Positions 24,491 to 37,609 are shown, counted from the first letter of the whole stretch. The stretch: 62,901 nucleotides of DNA, filler included, from Choristocarpus tenellus KU-1152 (GCA_964200185.2; 7 parts of 7 records of this genome joined end to end with filler, not necessarily neighbours in it), one strand, 5' to 3'. Translations and numbers: made by a program. Notes: a model not told the origin generated them from the sequence alone.

Positions 24491-27082
24491 AGCACCACAA
24501 ATTCATTTCTACTCAACAGTACACCCATTTGACACAGCTTCAGCACCCCTCTTCAATAGCACCCAAGGAGCTCCAATAGGCTATGTACACCCTCCAATCC
24601 CATTGACCTGACCTGGGGACCATCCACCCTGGGGGTCGGTTGCCCTGGTGGGCGTTCTGCCTTCATGCCCCATACCTACTGAATCTACCTCCTGCACCAC
24701 AAAAGAATCTATCAAATCAACCCATACTATGTATATATGTGTCCCACCTCGAGGCATCAACAATTAAGATCAACATCCAAGAAAAAGTTTGGCATGACAA
24801 GACGATTTTGAACAAAAGTATTCCTCCTCCCTGAGAACTGTGGCAAAGATGATTATCCAACTCATCATCGTGTACCACTTAGTACTACTCAACCACCCAC
24901 ATCTACTGACAGCATTGAAATGAGACACCTAGCTCCACAAGCAAGCACTACACCACTCCTCAGTCTGTGCACGCTCCTCAAGAGGCCACTTCCCCCTGGT
25001 GCCCTCCAAATCCCAGGCCTTCGATACACAATCAAATGCCCCCCCCGCCCCAGCCACCTCAAAAAGTTCACGACCATTGCCTGACTATCTATCACAAGCA
25101 CTGAGTGTCTTCATCTACCTCACAAAATGGAACAGCACTTCTTATCAAGACAAGTCAAAGGTCTGCTGCGTCTTGAAGCGAAGCATTCATCAGGGACATC
25201 AGGTCCTCGTCAGCCCTAACAGCATCCAGGTTGACATCTGGTTTGGCCTGTGACCGGGCCTCCCTCTCTGCCTGTTTTTGTCGTTACGACATTCAACAAA
25301 TATTACAACACATACACATGTTCTCGTGGTGAGACTAGATAATACACTCATGCACTGAGATTGCAATGGTCTGTGTACAGGGGGAATGCACGGACAAATT
25401 CATGTGGGCATCCAAGTAAGGGGGCGCTCCTACCTCGCCATGATTGTCGTTTGATTGTCTTGGACATGATTGTCTTGGACATCTGAATCGTAAGCCTGAT
25501 ACTGTGTAGGTCATTGAATCTTTGCCATGATACAGCCGCTTAGTTCACTGATCCAACAGCCAAAACGCCTCATGCCTCTATCAACAATACTTCTCATAAT
25601 AATGTTCTTACATGGAACACTAACATTGCTGCAAGAACTATCCACTCCCATCATTCCCCTCACCACCCCCCCAAAAAACAAACAAACAAAACCTAGCGTA
25701 TTTTTTTTTTACAACATTAACTAAAAAATATCAAAAAGAAAGCGAGAAGCAACACAAGACACCAAAAGACCTCTCTCATCTCTGCCAAAAAGTAACACCA
25801 ACCAATCAGTAACAATCCTTCCCAAAGGTGTCTGATCATTTTCATCAATTCCTGTACTGGATTCAAATAACCATCACTATAAACCCTACTACAGAACACC
25901 CATAATAGCGAAGGCTTCACATATCGCAAGAGTTCAACAGACATCATCTCCTGATTAATAACACCCTAACACTAACCAACACAAGAATATAATTCAACAC
26001 AGCAAAACTAAAATATTGTCCAATTCGCCAACGCTTTCCAGTAAACACTCTGAAACCTTTCCTACTACAAAGTACCCTATTCTTTTTTTCTTTCCAACTT
26101 TCACGTAAAATACACAAAAAAACAGAATAAAAAAAATTAACTTTTTTCAACGATTTTTTTTTCTCCACTGCCTACAAACAACAAAAACCAGCAAAAAATC
26201 CAAACCGAATTAAGAAACCAATTCCTCAACCGGGGACACCCGTATTCTAATGCCTAGTATTGGACCAAGACACCAACAGGGACAGCAACACCTCAGGTCA
26301 CAACACTGAAACACAAACACGCCTCACCTCCTTCTGCTCCAACACCTTCTGGAGTTCCAGTTCCTTCTTCTCCCTCGCCTCCTGTTCTAACCTTGCCTTC
26401 TCCAAAGCCCGCTCCCTCTGAAGCCTTGCCCCCTCCTCCAGGCGCTGCCTCTCTCTCTCCGCCTGCTGATGCACCCTCTCCTCCTCTATGCGCTATAACA
26501 ACAACAACAAGAGTACCATCAGTAACGCAGAAGTATGGTGCCGCCACTACAAAAGTTAATCAAACAGTGCCGATACAACTATCAGTAGAGGGTTGTGAAC
26601 CAGTGCTGATTATAACTGACCCAATACAATTAATCATAACTATATGAAAACGAAATACTTGAAAAAAATGACCATTCAGTTGTATTCTGCGAATCACCCA
26701 CACGAACATGCCTTGGGAAGTTCCTGCCTGGAGTGTGCACCATGACACTCACTGACAAGGAGTTGGGGGGGGGGGGGGGGGCAAACCCTTTACCCCCTTC
26801 CGCCCCCCGGTTGGGGGGTTATTGCCCTCTTGNNNNNNNNNNGGGGGGGGGGGGAGCTATATCCTTAACGCTATGCTGCTCTCAGGTCGTGCGATCATGT
26901 ACAGTTGTGCTATGAACAGTACATTAGTCACAATTAAATGGCAAAAGCTGGACCGATTACAATCGGGAATTGAAGTACCAGGGTACCAATGTAAGTACCG
27001 GAGGATCCAGATGGGTACCACAGCATCAATTCAACTGCCTGAGTACCAAAACAACCACAATAGTACTAACATCAGTATTAGA

Positions 27083-27303
27083 GACTCAAAGTATCTGGGG
27101 GTGGGTGGGTGGGGACTGTCTAGGGTCAACTTTTCCATGTCGCGATTCTTGGGTGATTTGGTTGCATACGTTGGATGGACAAGGTAAGTAAACTTTTCCT
27201 GATTTTGCCCCAAATGAACACCCTGGTGTAGACCCCCCGCCAACCACCCCCACACCCCCCCCCACCCACCGCACGACCCCCTCCCCCCCCCCCCCCCACA
27301 ACC
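27083..27303. mobile_element. G-tract MITE (TCAAAGTATCT family), truncated at contig end in its C-tract
   Basis: Left end gactcaaagtatctgggggtgggtgggtgggg. The body resembles 17-92 and 11373-11430. Confidence 0.75.
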
Positions 27304-27509
27304 NNNNNNNNNNNNNNNNNNNNNNNNNNNNNNNNNNNNNNNNNNNNTTAATTAATTAANNNNNNNNNNNNNNNNNNNNNNNNNNNNNNNNNNNNNNNNN
27401 NNNACATCAAGCAATCTCGCTGGGTTTATCACCTTTATCCCCTTTGATGATTTGGGAGATACTTTAACACAATGTATTGAACCTTAGGTTTCTAACCCAT
27501 CATTTCATC

Positions 27510-30500
27510 ATGCCTACACAAGGAGATGCGATTCTATCTGTTCCTGCCGAGGTCCCATCCATTAAAGAAGTCCGACAGCTTATGACGACAGTAGCAGATC
27601 TGTCAAGAAATGTTGGCAATCTCATGTTGCAGTCTGATAGAGTCGGCGACGGAAATCATCCCGTTGTCCAGGCCGCTGTACCCAGCACGCAGACTCCGGC
27701 TGGGCACATACCAGTCGAAGTGGGTCCTATGGAACCCATGTTGAGGGAAAATTTCCCAGAGAGGGGAAACAGTTCGAATGCTGTGAGCTTCAGAAGTGGG
27801 GCTAGCCGGAGGTCTGGTTCTTCGGAGAGCTTGGGGTCAGGCGCACATATTGTTCACATTAAGACAAATAGATCAAGGGCCCAATCACCGAAACTATTGG
27901 ACGACTCGGACTACCGGGACTGGCGGAGGGGTTTCATCGTACATTGCCGATATACCCACTGCTTGGGTGCATTGACAAGTGAAGGCCAGTCAATCAAGAA
28001 CGCTCCTACAAGGAACTTCTCTCGGACGGCTTCAGTGCGAATGATATCTGGATGGCCGAAGAGGCCTATGCACTTACTGTTGCTCTCGTTACACCCATCA
28101 CCAGGGCGCTGTGCTAAACGCACCAAAGCCTGAGCGAGCTTTTCCGAGCAATAGACGATTGGTTCATGCCTAATACAGTGGGTAATAGCCTACATTTGTT
28201 CCGTGAGTTTTTACTTCAAAGGTGGAGAAGGGGGCGAATCCGATCCTGACCTTAAACCACTTGGAAGAGCTACGGGGGAGGATGCTATCAATGAACCTGG
28301 TCATCTCGGACAAGCTGCTGCTTCTACAGTTCCTGATTGCTCTTGGATCAGATTACAATGCTGAGATATGCATGATGGCCTCGCAGAGGACACTATGTCG
28401 AGCAGACGTAGAGAAGACTGCTAGAGAGAGATATGCTTCCCTTCATGAGGGGAAGGACTCAAGTGAAAAGAACAGGCACGCTTTGGTTGTTAACAGCTCA
28501 TCACAGGGGAAGAGTCAGTCTCATCGTAACGGCCAAGGTCGCGGGGTCGAACGTAAATTTCATGGTGGAAGAAAGAAAAATGGTTCCAATTTCAACCCTA
28601 AAACGTTCCGAGAAGATTCCTTGTGAGAGGTGTGTTAAGAATGGACACGAGAAGGGAGCTTCCCCAAACCGCATTTGCACCAAGTGTGGTGGACGTGCTC
28701 ATGATGCTACAACATGTACTTCGGTGTTCATGACTACGGTGCAGTCTAGGAAAGAAGAGATTAAGACCGAGGCGAATCCTTCCCGCATTACTGTGGAAAG
28801 TATCACCACCTGTGGCGACAATGAGCAGTACGCACTACTGGCCACCACTGAGGAATCTCTGAGCATTAATGCTCTAGGCAAGTGTGGGGAAAATAAATGT
28901 TTGGTGTCAACTTTTGGGGTTGGCTGCAAGAAAGAAGAATGGATTTCGGACAGTGCGGCTTCATGTCACATGACAAATATGATAAAATCCACGACAATCT
29001 ACAAACCTTGTGTTGGAGACCAAAGGGTAGTCACTGCCAGCCAAGATTCCTTTTGCATCGCTGGTCATGGTGATCTAACCATCTTGTTTCCGTCACGTGA
29101 CAACAAGGAGGTAGAAATACTCCTCCATAATGTTGCCCACGTCCCAGATCTTGGATTCAACCTTTTTTCTTGCCAAGCAGCAGCTGATATGGGCGCAGAA
29201 GGCATTTGAACAGCCAGTATATTCTCGTTGTTAGATGGAATACTTATCTTCACAAGAGATCCTGGTTGTCATTACACCCTCCATGGTCAACACATATTGC
29301 CGTGACCAGGTCGAAATGCTGAATTTGCTTTAATAGCCACTATAGCCCCCTTGCTTGCACCCCATGCTCTCCACACCGATGTCGACATTAACCTCTTCTA
29401 TTGCTCTTATGGCCACACACATGAGGCATTGTTATAGCACGCTCCAGAAGCTTACCTCCACAGTATGTATAGCTCCAATCTAAAGGCCTATAGATGATAC
29501 TGATGCACGTATAGGACTCCTGATGGACAAGTCGTCAAGTTTTCTTGTTTTCTTTTTTTATTTATCATCAACATCATTGTATAAAAAGGAACTGTCTCGG
29601 TAGGACCTCCATGCTACAGCGTGCTCCAGATCATGTTACAGTGTGCCCCAGAAGCCTACCTCCACAGGATTTATATCTCCAATCTACAGGCCTATAGATG
29701 ATACTGTTGTACATATAGGACTCCTGATGGACAAGTCGTCAAGTATGTTGGATCTCTCACTTGGATTATCATCAATATCATTGTATAAAAAGGAACTGGT
29801 CAACGATGTCTTATCACAATCGGGGACCATTATGGCCAAATAATATATAAATGGTTAAGAACTACAAATATATCGAATCTAGGACTTCAAGGTAATAATG
29901 GTGTTTACGAAACCACCAAAACATATTGCCTGTAACAGCATTGCTCAAGTCCACCGCCACTTTAATGGGCATTACATTGGTGGGTGAGCTGGAGCCATGT
30001 GCAGGCTGCTCTATGAGTAAGGGCATACGGAAGGGCGTCTGGTCCAGCACACCTTCAAGCGCGCAAAACCCGTAAGACTTTCCAAAAGGCTCAACGGTGT
30101 TCTTACCTGGGGCCGGGGATCAATCACCCGCGTGATGTGTACCGTGTTCTTACTTTGACCAATGCCATAGTTACTAAATGTAACCTGACCTGGCTGTCTT
30201 CTAAGGACCCCAGTCTTGCCCCAGTAGGAGAGGTTGCCCTTGCTTTGCAAAAGGGGGGGAGGGAGCTTGATGCAGACCCTCGTTCTGGGGATGAGCTCCC
30301 CCATTCCAAAGCAGGTGACTCACCATTAGATGTACAATCTATTTGCTTATCTCGCTCCTCCACTTCATCCCTCTCTGACAACTCTTCCCGTAGCAACAGA
30401 AGTAAGGACAGGTTTGTTCTAGGTAAGAGCTCGTCCTTTGGTAACAAAGGAGACAGTCTGACTAATGATCCTCCCCCTGGTGAAGGGAGTGTAGGTGAGA

Positions 30501-30975
30501 TTGTCAAGGATCTGGCTGTTGACCCTTCCCCTGGTGATGGGGAGGAAGGTCAGGTTGACATGAGTCTGTCCAGAGACACTACCCGAGATGGTGAAGGGAG
30601 TGTAGGACATGTCTCATCCTCGAGTCCACAGCATTTGCCTCAGGCAGTTGCTGACTCAACAGCTGCTCCTACTGCAGCTCACCAGCTGGAAGACTTTCTT
30701 CCTAATCCAGTCCGTGCACCTTGCATTGAGTTGGGTAGGACTAGACAGGAAACTCGAGCCAGAGCTGAAGGTAGTGCAGGTGTTGGTAATGTGATGTCTC
30801 TTATTGCTAGTGTAGAGAGACAACATGTTGCTTATGCCTTGGCTGTCTAGCCCACCCCTGAGTCAGTGTTGATGAGTACCCCCCTGCATGGTCGTCTTGT
30901 TTCTGAGTTGGGACCGACCCCTCAATCTTATGCTGAGGCCCAAAAGTCTGAATACTGGCCGGTATGGGAAGAGGC
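27510..30975 (+). mobile_element. Degenerate Ty1/Copia retrotransposon with internal deletion
   Basis: Gag (DYRDWRRGF; GANPILTLNHLEEL), zinc knuckle CTKCGGRAHDATTC, protease WISDSAASCHMT, LHNVAHVPDLGFNLFS, GAG-pre-integrase GHTHEALL..ELEPCAGCSMSKG and RT start PQSYAEAQKSEYWPVWEE. The integrase core is missing. Confidence 0.9.
29430..29937 (-). mobile_element. Internally deleted LTR element nested in the Copia (4-bp TSD GCAT; tRNA-Gln PBS)
   Basis: TG..CA termini with GCAT at 29426-29429 and 29938-29941. Removing it restores the Copia codons EALLK. Full LTR 29634-29937, PBS 29611-29595, partial second LTR 29430-29594. Confidence 0.85.
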
Positions 30976-31119
30976 NNNNNNNNNNNNNNNNNNNNNNNNN
31001 NNNNNNNNNNNNNNNNNNNTTAATTAATTAANNNNNNNNNNNNNNNNNNNNNNNNNNNNNNNNNNNNNNNNNNNNCCCCCCCCCCCCCCCAGATACTTTG
31101 AGTAAAAAAAAATCACCAG

Positions 31120-31416
31120 CTATAGATGAAATGTTCTAACGTGATCAAGTCCATGGCCATCGCATATTTAACATGACCAGGGCCACTGCCTGTCATGTAA
31201 TACCAAGTTTGAACGTGACCGAGTCCATGGTCAGCATTTACACAACATGACGAGACCGTCATTGCTCATTTACAACCAATTTTGAACATGACCGAGTCCA
31301 TGACCAAGTCCATGACCGTTGACCGTTTCAACATGGCCGGCCCACACACCGGTCTGTGGACATATGACCGACCCGACAGTGGGCATGCTAACTGCCTGGC
31401 CCGATGAAAAGCCCTG
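31120..31416. mobile_element. End of a non-autonomous element with subterminal repeats (CAGGGCTT terminus, hAT-like)
   Basis: Multiple ac(a/g)tgaccgagtccatg units end in aaaagccctg. A similar cagggctt start at 489 precedes another repeat-rich tract. Confidence 0.5.
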
Positions 31417-31464
31417 CAAAATAAGGTTGGAATGGTGGAGGGAAGTGGGATTTAATGCAGTTGG

Positions 31465-32450
31465 TGTGAGGTCCTAACTCCACATCGAACCCTTTGGATA
31501 CATTCTGTTCTAGGCCAAATTTGGAGAAAATACCTCAGCCCCACCGAGTAGAGTGGAGGCATTCAAACCTCTGTCAGATCTGCTACGAGTTGATCCATCC
31601 AAAGAAATATATATAGTAGCACCTTCGATTCACAATACAGTGTGCAATAGGGTGCATTGTCTGTAGATGGGGATCAGGTCTGTTTTGGACGGGTACTTTT
31701 GTTGCTCTCATATTTTCATGGTTGTTTTACTTGTTCATGATGTGAAACCTATGTCATCGGAATGCTGAAATACACAAGGCTCATAGGATATGTTTTAGAT
31801 GGCTCAAATCGTTTTTGGTTGGCAGTGCAGAACATTTTATGATGAAAAATGCTCGGAGTACTCTGGATGCACCTGGTACATTCCAAGTGTTGCTGGTTGA
31901 TTTTTTTATACTCGTTATCAAACTATAGACTCAGATTCGTCAGCTTCGACATTGTCATTGTTGCCATCTTCCACCATGTGCTCCACCTCATAATCCTCCT
32001 ACAAAACTTCCCAATCTACTCTCCCCTCTACAGAATCCATTGATCTCGCCAAATCATTGTATCTCTCAACTCGTGCAGAACATTCGTTATATTGAAAATG
32101 TCTCCCTCCAATATCTTGTTCTCTGACTAAATGTTTTTCTTAATCTCCCTCTGGACATGGGCAACCAGCTTGCTACACTCTCCTGGTTTCCATTCAACCT
32201 CGATATGACCCCAGCTAGGGTCACCATACCACCCCAGCCTTATTTGACTTCTCCCTTTTGCAATCGTTCTACTCTTTGCATACTGAAAGCAGTCATACGG
32301 CTTCCCATGCTACCACAAACAAATCTATGGGCTGAAATTTCGGCATATAAGACGGTGTTCAAATCATATCCCAGTCCTTCTTCCTCACGAACGCCTGTGC
32401 CCGCTCGAGGAGCTTGTCTGGGTAGTGTCATAAAAAGACTATCCCCCTTC
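31465..32450 (-). mobile_element. Tc1/IS630-like DDE transposase pseudogene (3' part) plus 3' flank
   Basis: Minus frame HYPDKLLERAQAFVRKKDWDMI*TPSYMPKFQPIDLF matches the TPxYxPxxQPIE motif, followed by an acidic tail. A homologous copy lies at 35250-36020 on +. Confidence 0.7.
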
Positions 32451-32953
32451 GACACTATAAACATAAACAAACGAGACACAAAAATCAAAATAACATTGGA
32501 ATTGGGTACTGTCATGGAATGGCTCTCCCACTTCAGAACTAAGGTGGTGCCAGTAGCTTCGCCCTCTGTGACGATCTTGAACTTTTTCACCATGCACACA
32601 CCAAAGATATATAACAATATATGTATCAAATGAAAGGGTATGACAAGAGGGTTTGGAGGTTTGTATATTATCCACGAATGTCCAGGCTTCGGGGAACGGG
32701 AGCCATGCCCCGACCAAATAATGGAAAAAACGCAGGGGAACATCTCCGGTGCAATTTTGAGGGTCAAGATTTCAAAACTGAAAAAAAATGAAGTGGTTGG
32801 CTGAATTCCTTGTAGAAAACTGGTCCGGGGTAGGTCGCTGCCCAAGTTTGGGTGGTGTGTGTGTGCCGAAACAAATTTCAAGATTTCCGGACATCTTTTC
32901 AATGCCTTTTGCAATCTTTCTGTGAGCACACAAACACGTGACTTACACAGCAA

Positions 32954-34215
32954 CATGGACCACGACGGTGAGACAAGGAGAGCTGACGAGGCCACTCTGT
33001 CCCCTGAATGTACCCTCGGCACCTTCTCTGTCGAGAGGCGACGGACAAGAAAGTACCGTGTGACAGTCAGTGCGATGCTAGGCGACGAGAAAGTGCAAGT
33101 AGTGTGTCGCAGCAGCATGATCAAATCACGAAATGGATCATGCGGTCGCGACCCTGATGCTGAGAAAAGATGCATTGAAAGCACTAGCACAAAAACGTGG
33201 TTGGGTCTTCAACCACGTCGGAGAACTGCCCTGCAGTCTCTACCACCTCGGGAAAACCGGAAGAGAGCGGCGAGTCCATCACCAGGTAGTACAGTGAAGA
33301 AGTCTGCGGGGAAACCTGATCACGTTGGGCGAAGGAAACATAGTGGTCGCCCGAAGGGAAGGTTGGGGAAGAGAGCAGTGACTGCGTGCAATTGCGCTCA
33401 GGAAACGCCTAAGCAAAAACCTGGGTGTAAAATATCTTAGTAGTCGGCAGTTGCAGCAGGCCCTGGTTGTTTGGAAGCTGTGCGAGCCGGAGGGGCTTAA
33501 GGAAAGGAGGAAGAAGGTGCTAGGGTTGGGCTACAAGGGCTCTGAAGCTCGAAAGGGCTCGCAAGGTAGATGAGAAAGCGATCGTAACAAAGGCAGCTGT
33601 GGAGACTTTTCGATACCAACAAATCCTTTACTTAGAAGAGGTCGCGAAGCAGGCAGAGGTAGTGAGGATGCCAGGGAAGAAGAGGATGTGAGATTGAGAC
33701 TATTTGCACACCAATGGTTTGGTGTCTACCACTTCTTGCAAAATGCCGTACATTCCTTTTTGTTGCTGGACGTATATAATTGATTAAGGCTTTCTCCCAC
33801 CCTGTATTCATTCCAGAAATCAACATAATTTTCAATCAACTCAAGCCCTGTCCTCCCTCGCCATTGCGCCTTGATGATAAAATATCACCCGTCCAGGAAA
33901 CACGGACAACACCCTTTTCCGGCGCTCAACAAGGAAATGTCATAGTTAAGGCTCCAACACTGCGAATCCTGTACCTCTGTATGAACGACGGGAAAGACCG
34001 TCAAACGGCGCTCGAGATGGCAGCAAGATATGCGATGGTCAAGCCAAAAAATGTGAGTAAATGGGAGAGAGACTTCCTAACTAAAGGTCGCATCAAGTTG
34101 TCGGGGCAAGGGCGCTATGAGAGGCGTTTCGTTCTGGGCCTCGACGAGGATGTCCTCGTCGAGGTCAAAGAGTGGGTGCGCGAACACACAGTAAGAAAGG
34201 GTGGGGAGGCTGTTT
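32954..34215 (+). mobile_element. Probable N-terminal part of a DNA transposase (decayed)
   Basis: Basic, low-complexity ORF followed by HTH-like VSKWERDFLTKGRIKLSGQGRYERRFVLGLDEDVLVEVKEWVREH, reminiscent of Tc1/mariner-superfamily N-termini. No catalytic domain seen. Confidence 0.4.
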
Positions 34216-35014
34216 TTCCCACTAACCTTACACTTCAATCAAGTAATAGTGGATCTGTTGCCACTCTTGGTGAACTACAATCCAGGGTTCGAACCCCAAT
34301 ATAATCGCTCTTTCTTCCAAAAAAGAAGAAAATAGCCAAAAGGAAACGAAGCCCGTACTCTGAAGGGCCTTGCGACGGGTATCACGAATATGCTTTTACT
34401 TTTTTAATCCGATGTCTACACCAAAGGTTATGACGTGACAGACCCAAAGGTCGAAGCTGCTGGTACGACTATATTATGAACACAATTGAATACAGACGAA
34501 AAGGTACAATAACATTTAAATGGTGTACTGTCATAGAAAGAGTTGTTACAGACGAATAGCTTGAGCAATTTCTTCTCATGTTTTAGCAAAAACGAGCATT
34601 TGTGATAGACGAATAGTGCGAGCCTTGTTTCTCGCGTTCTAATAAGCGCGAACAGTTACGGGATTAGTAACACTTAGCGTCACAGAATAAATACTCATTT
34701 CGTACAAGATACAGAGTAAGATTTGTAATGCATACGTTACATTACAGAAGAAAACGTTGGAGTTCCTAAGAAGTTGCAGAATAAAGGTTTATGATTGGAG
34801 TACGTATACAGCAATTGCATAGAAGACCAAAGAAATTGGGTGGATGATGGAAATAATAAAAGGACTTTTGGTCAAAACCATCACCCCTCCTAAAACAGTC
34901 TTTTGTCTTGAACGAAACATTGAGTCGAGCTCTGAGCTAGGCACTGAGTGGAGTATCAGGAGAAGGCTCTCTGACACCCAATAAACTGTTACCAAGGGCA
35001 ACGTCCCCATAGCG

Positions 35015-35230
35015 TCGTTTTAAGGTTGTTGGATTTGAGTTACACATCCTGTGGAGGTGAGTTCTTGGGCACGCTGTAACATGGAGGTCCTACTGCTCCC
35101 AAGACTGGAAATATCTGACTTGTCCTGCCCTCCTTTTCTCTTTTCCTCGAGGTACACAGCCCAAGTACCCAGTCTCTATCCGTTCTCCTTGTGCCACACC
35201 TTCTTGACGGGGGATCTGTGAATCAAAGAC
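35015..35230 (+). mobile_element. LTR 3' end plus tRNA-Gln PBS and leader of the same LTR family as 29430-29937
   Basis: gtggaggtgagttcttgggcacgctgtaaca (ends 35081) is followed by tggaggtcctactg. Confidence 0.7.
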
Positions 35231-35249
35231 AAAGCACAACATATTATTT

Positions 35250-36020
35250 TGCCATCAGCTCCATGGCTCGACAATAACTGGGATTGCATTTGTGACACCA
35301 TGTTGGTGGAGACCAGCAGACTCTGGCATGTTGTTTACCCAATGCCCAGAAGGGGGTCACCAGGCGTGTTGAGACAGGAAAATACATAGAGGGGACACAA
35401 TCAACTTGACAATTGTCCTGGTCAAGCTGCATAATAAGAGTTTCCGATACGGGTAGATGAATAAGAGGAGGGGATAGAAGAGGAGATTCTGCAGGAGGAG
35501 AAAAAGGTGGAAATGATGGTGCAAGATGGCAACAACGACATTATCGAGTCTGGTGACTCTGAGTCTATAACGTAAAAAATAATATTGAAAGATGGCTAAG
35601 TGGAATACTCCGAGTAAACTTTGAGCACTCCAAGCTTTATTCTTAAAAAAGTTATGTATTAGCAACCTCAACGATTTGAGCACCCAAAATCATATCCTTT
35701 CAGTCTTCGCATATCAGAGTCCCACTGAGATAGGTTTCAAGTCAAGAATAGGGGAAAAAACGAAAGAAATAAGAAAACAACGAAAAGCATAATAGAAACA
35801 CTCCCCTCATCCAGATTCTTGTGCAACCTATCACAACTTATACAGTAAGTTGGAGGTACTGCAATGGCCTGATCGACGGACTAGGATGTAATCCTTTCAT
35901 TCAATACCGGATTTTTTGCGTTTTTGTAATATTCCAGTCTTCTTTGAAGGTTTAAGTATTTAATCCAAATTGACCACTTATATGGCTCGTATGTTGAGTT
36001 CCACGGGGAGTTAGGACCTC
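35250..36020 (+). mobile_element. Second copy of the Tc1/IS630-like 3' end
   Basis: Colinear with the reverse complement of 31465-32200 (aagatggcaacaa, ctgagtctata, tactccgag, aacgatttgagc, ataggtttca, ggagttaggacctc). Confidence 0.7.
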
Positions 36021-36382
36021 AAACTAGCTTCTTGTCCTTCGCTTTGACCCCACGTCTTGAAATTTTTCATTTATAAAAATGATCCAACTCGAAAAATTGC
36101 TTTAGAGATTCCATTCTTCGTACTAAGTAGTATTCTGGAGTACTTATTACATGCATCAATAGTATGTATGGTGAAGAAGAGTTATGAGATGTTCAGCTCT
36201 CACCCCACTCAATGATTACCACCCATAAATAGAAACAACCCAAAGCAAATTGTCAGAAAGAATAATAAAATATCATTGAAGTATTCTGTTCAGTGTTATC
36301 TGTGTTACGCAGTAGTATGGCTATTACCTCCTCCCCCAGCACATGGAAAATAAGGGTTAATCAATTTCCAAGCAAGGTGGAG

Positions 36383-37526
36383 TTAGCGACCTGAGGTGAA
36401 TGAAGCTGAATTTCTAGAGGGGCGGGGAGCACCACCTTCCACAGAGAGGAAGAAAGATCGATGAAAGGTTCTCCTGGAGAGATGGTATAGACGACGATGT
36501 GAGCAATCATAAGACAACTCCTGGTCCGTCACCAGCCAGCTCCAACTATCTACAGGTGCTTGTTATCTAATGGTCTGCCAACATTACGTTGTCCGTTCTA
36601 AACCCTTTGTTTTTTAGTTGGTAATAATTGATGTCAGGCTTGAATTTGCATCGATACAAACACAATTCGCAGATCAATATTGACCATGATTTACATTCTT
36701 ATGTAAAACATTACACAACCAATCGTGACAATGTGCACATTCGGCCAAATCACATCCTCTTACAGGACGAATCAATTTGGGAGGTGGTCATGATCGGGTT
36801 CCTCGTTAAGAGTAGCCTTGTTGGGCATGTTAATGCCAGCAATCTGTCAAGCACCACCCCAGTACCGTGGGTCAAAACGGAAGAGGATTTAACGTAGTAG
36901 TTGATGCTGTCATATAGGCAAACATGACTTACGCCTAAATTTATTATTTCCCTCCTCTATATAGATGAAAACACAACTCGAAACGGCTGACCCAAAACTT
37001 CATATGGAATCGTGTATGTTAAATACAAAGGGGTAACAAATATAGAAACCAATACAAAACAATATAAGAAAGTAGGGTGTAAGAGTTGAAGGTCGAAGTA
37101 GAGAGATCAGTGTATTTTATTATTATGTCCTTTGACAATTTGGAGACGTGTCAGGGGCAGAACCAATGAAAACTATTAACATGTGAGAAAAATCCCCCAA
37201 AAAGTCACAGTTGTCGAAAATTGTGAAAGTGTATCGGTTTTTAATCGATACACAGAATGCAAAGTTAGGCATAGAATTAAGGAACGTACCTCCTTGTCGT
37301 ACCTGTACGTGAGACAGTTGATTGGGTTAGCGGTTTGATGTTTGGGGTGTCAGGTTGAAGTTCTTGTGGTTAGACAGTGTGGTTAGGTGAAGATATAATA
37401 TTGTATTGCCGATAAAATTGTAGAGTGGACAGACAGGTCGAGAGCAGCAAGCAGGAAATAACAGTCCAGAAATCCGATATTGAGAGATTTTTTTCACCTG
37501 ATCATATAAGTAGGGGAAATCTCCTT
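36383..37526 (-). CDS. Putative micro-exon gene, 3' part, unknown product
   Basis: AG|exon|GT units 37526-37498 (29 nt), 37302-37290 (13 nt) and 36956-36933 (24 nt), plus a candidate terminal exon 36549-36383, are phase-compatible. Confidence 0.4.
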
Positions 37527-37609
37527 CTATAGCAGTTGTGTTATTACTAAGAAAGGGGGAGGTCATCTGGTTCTGCTGTATTCCCGTTTGCCATGGCACG
37601 AATCGCCTC

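Noticed and set aside
29595-29611. tRNA gene
   Set aside because: Only the 3'-terminal 17 nt including CCA are present, as expected for a primer-binding site.
31120-31400. CRISPR-like or iteron array
   Set aside because: Irregular, degenerate subterminal repeats ending at a TIR-like sequence.
32240-33190. 316-aa minus-strand ORF as a gene
   Set aside because: Crosses unrelated TE fragments. The real transposase motif is in a different frame.
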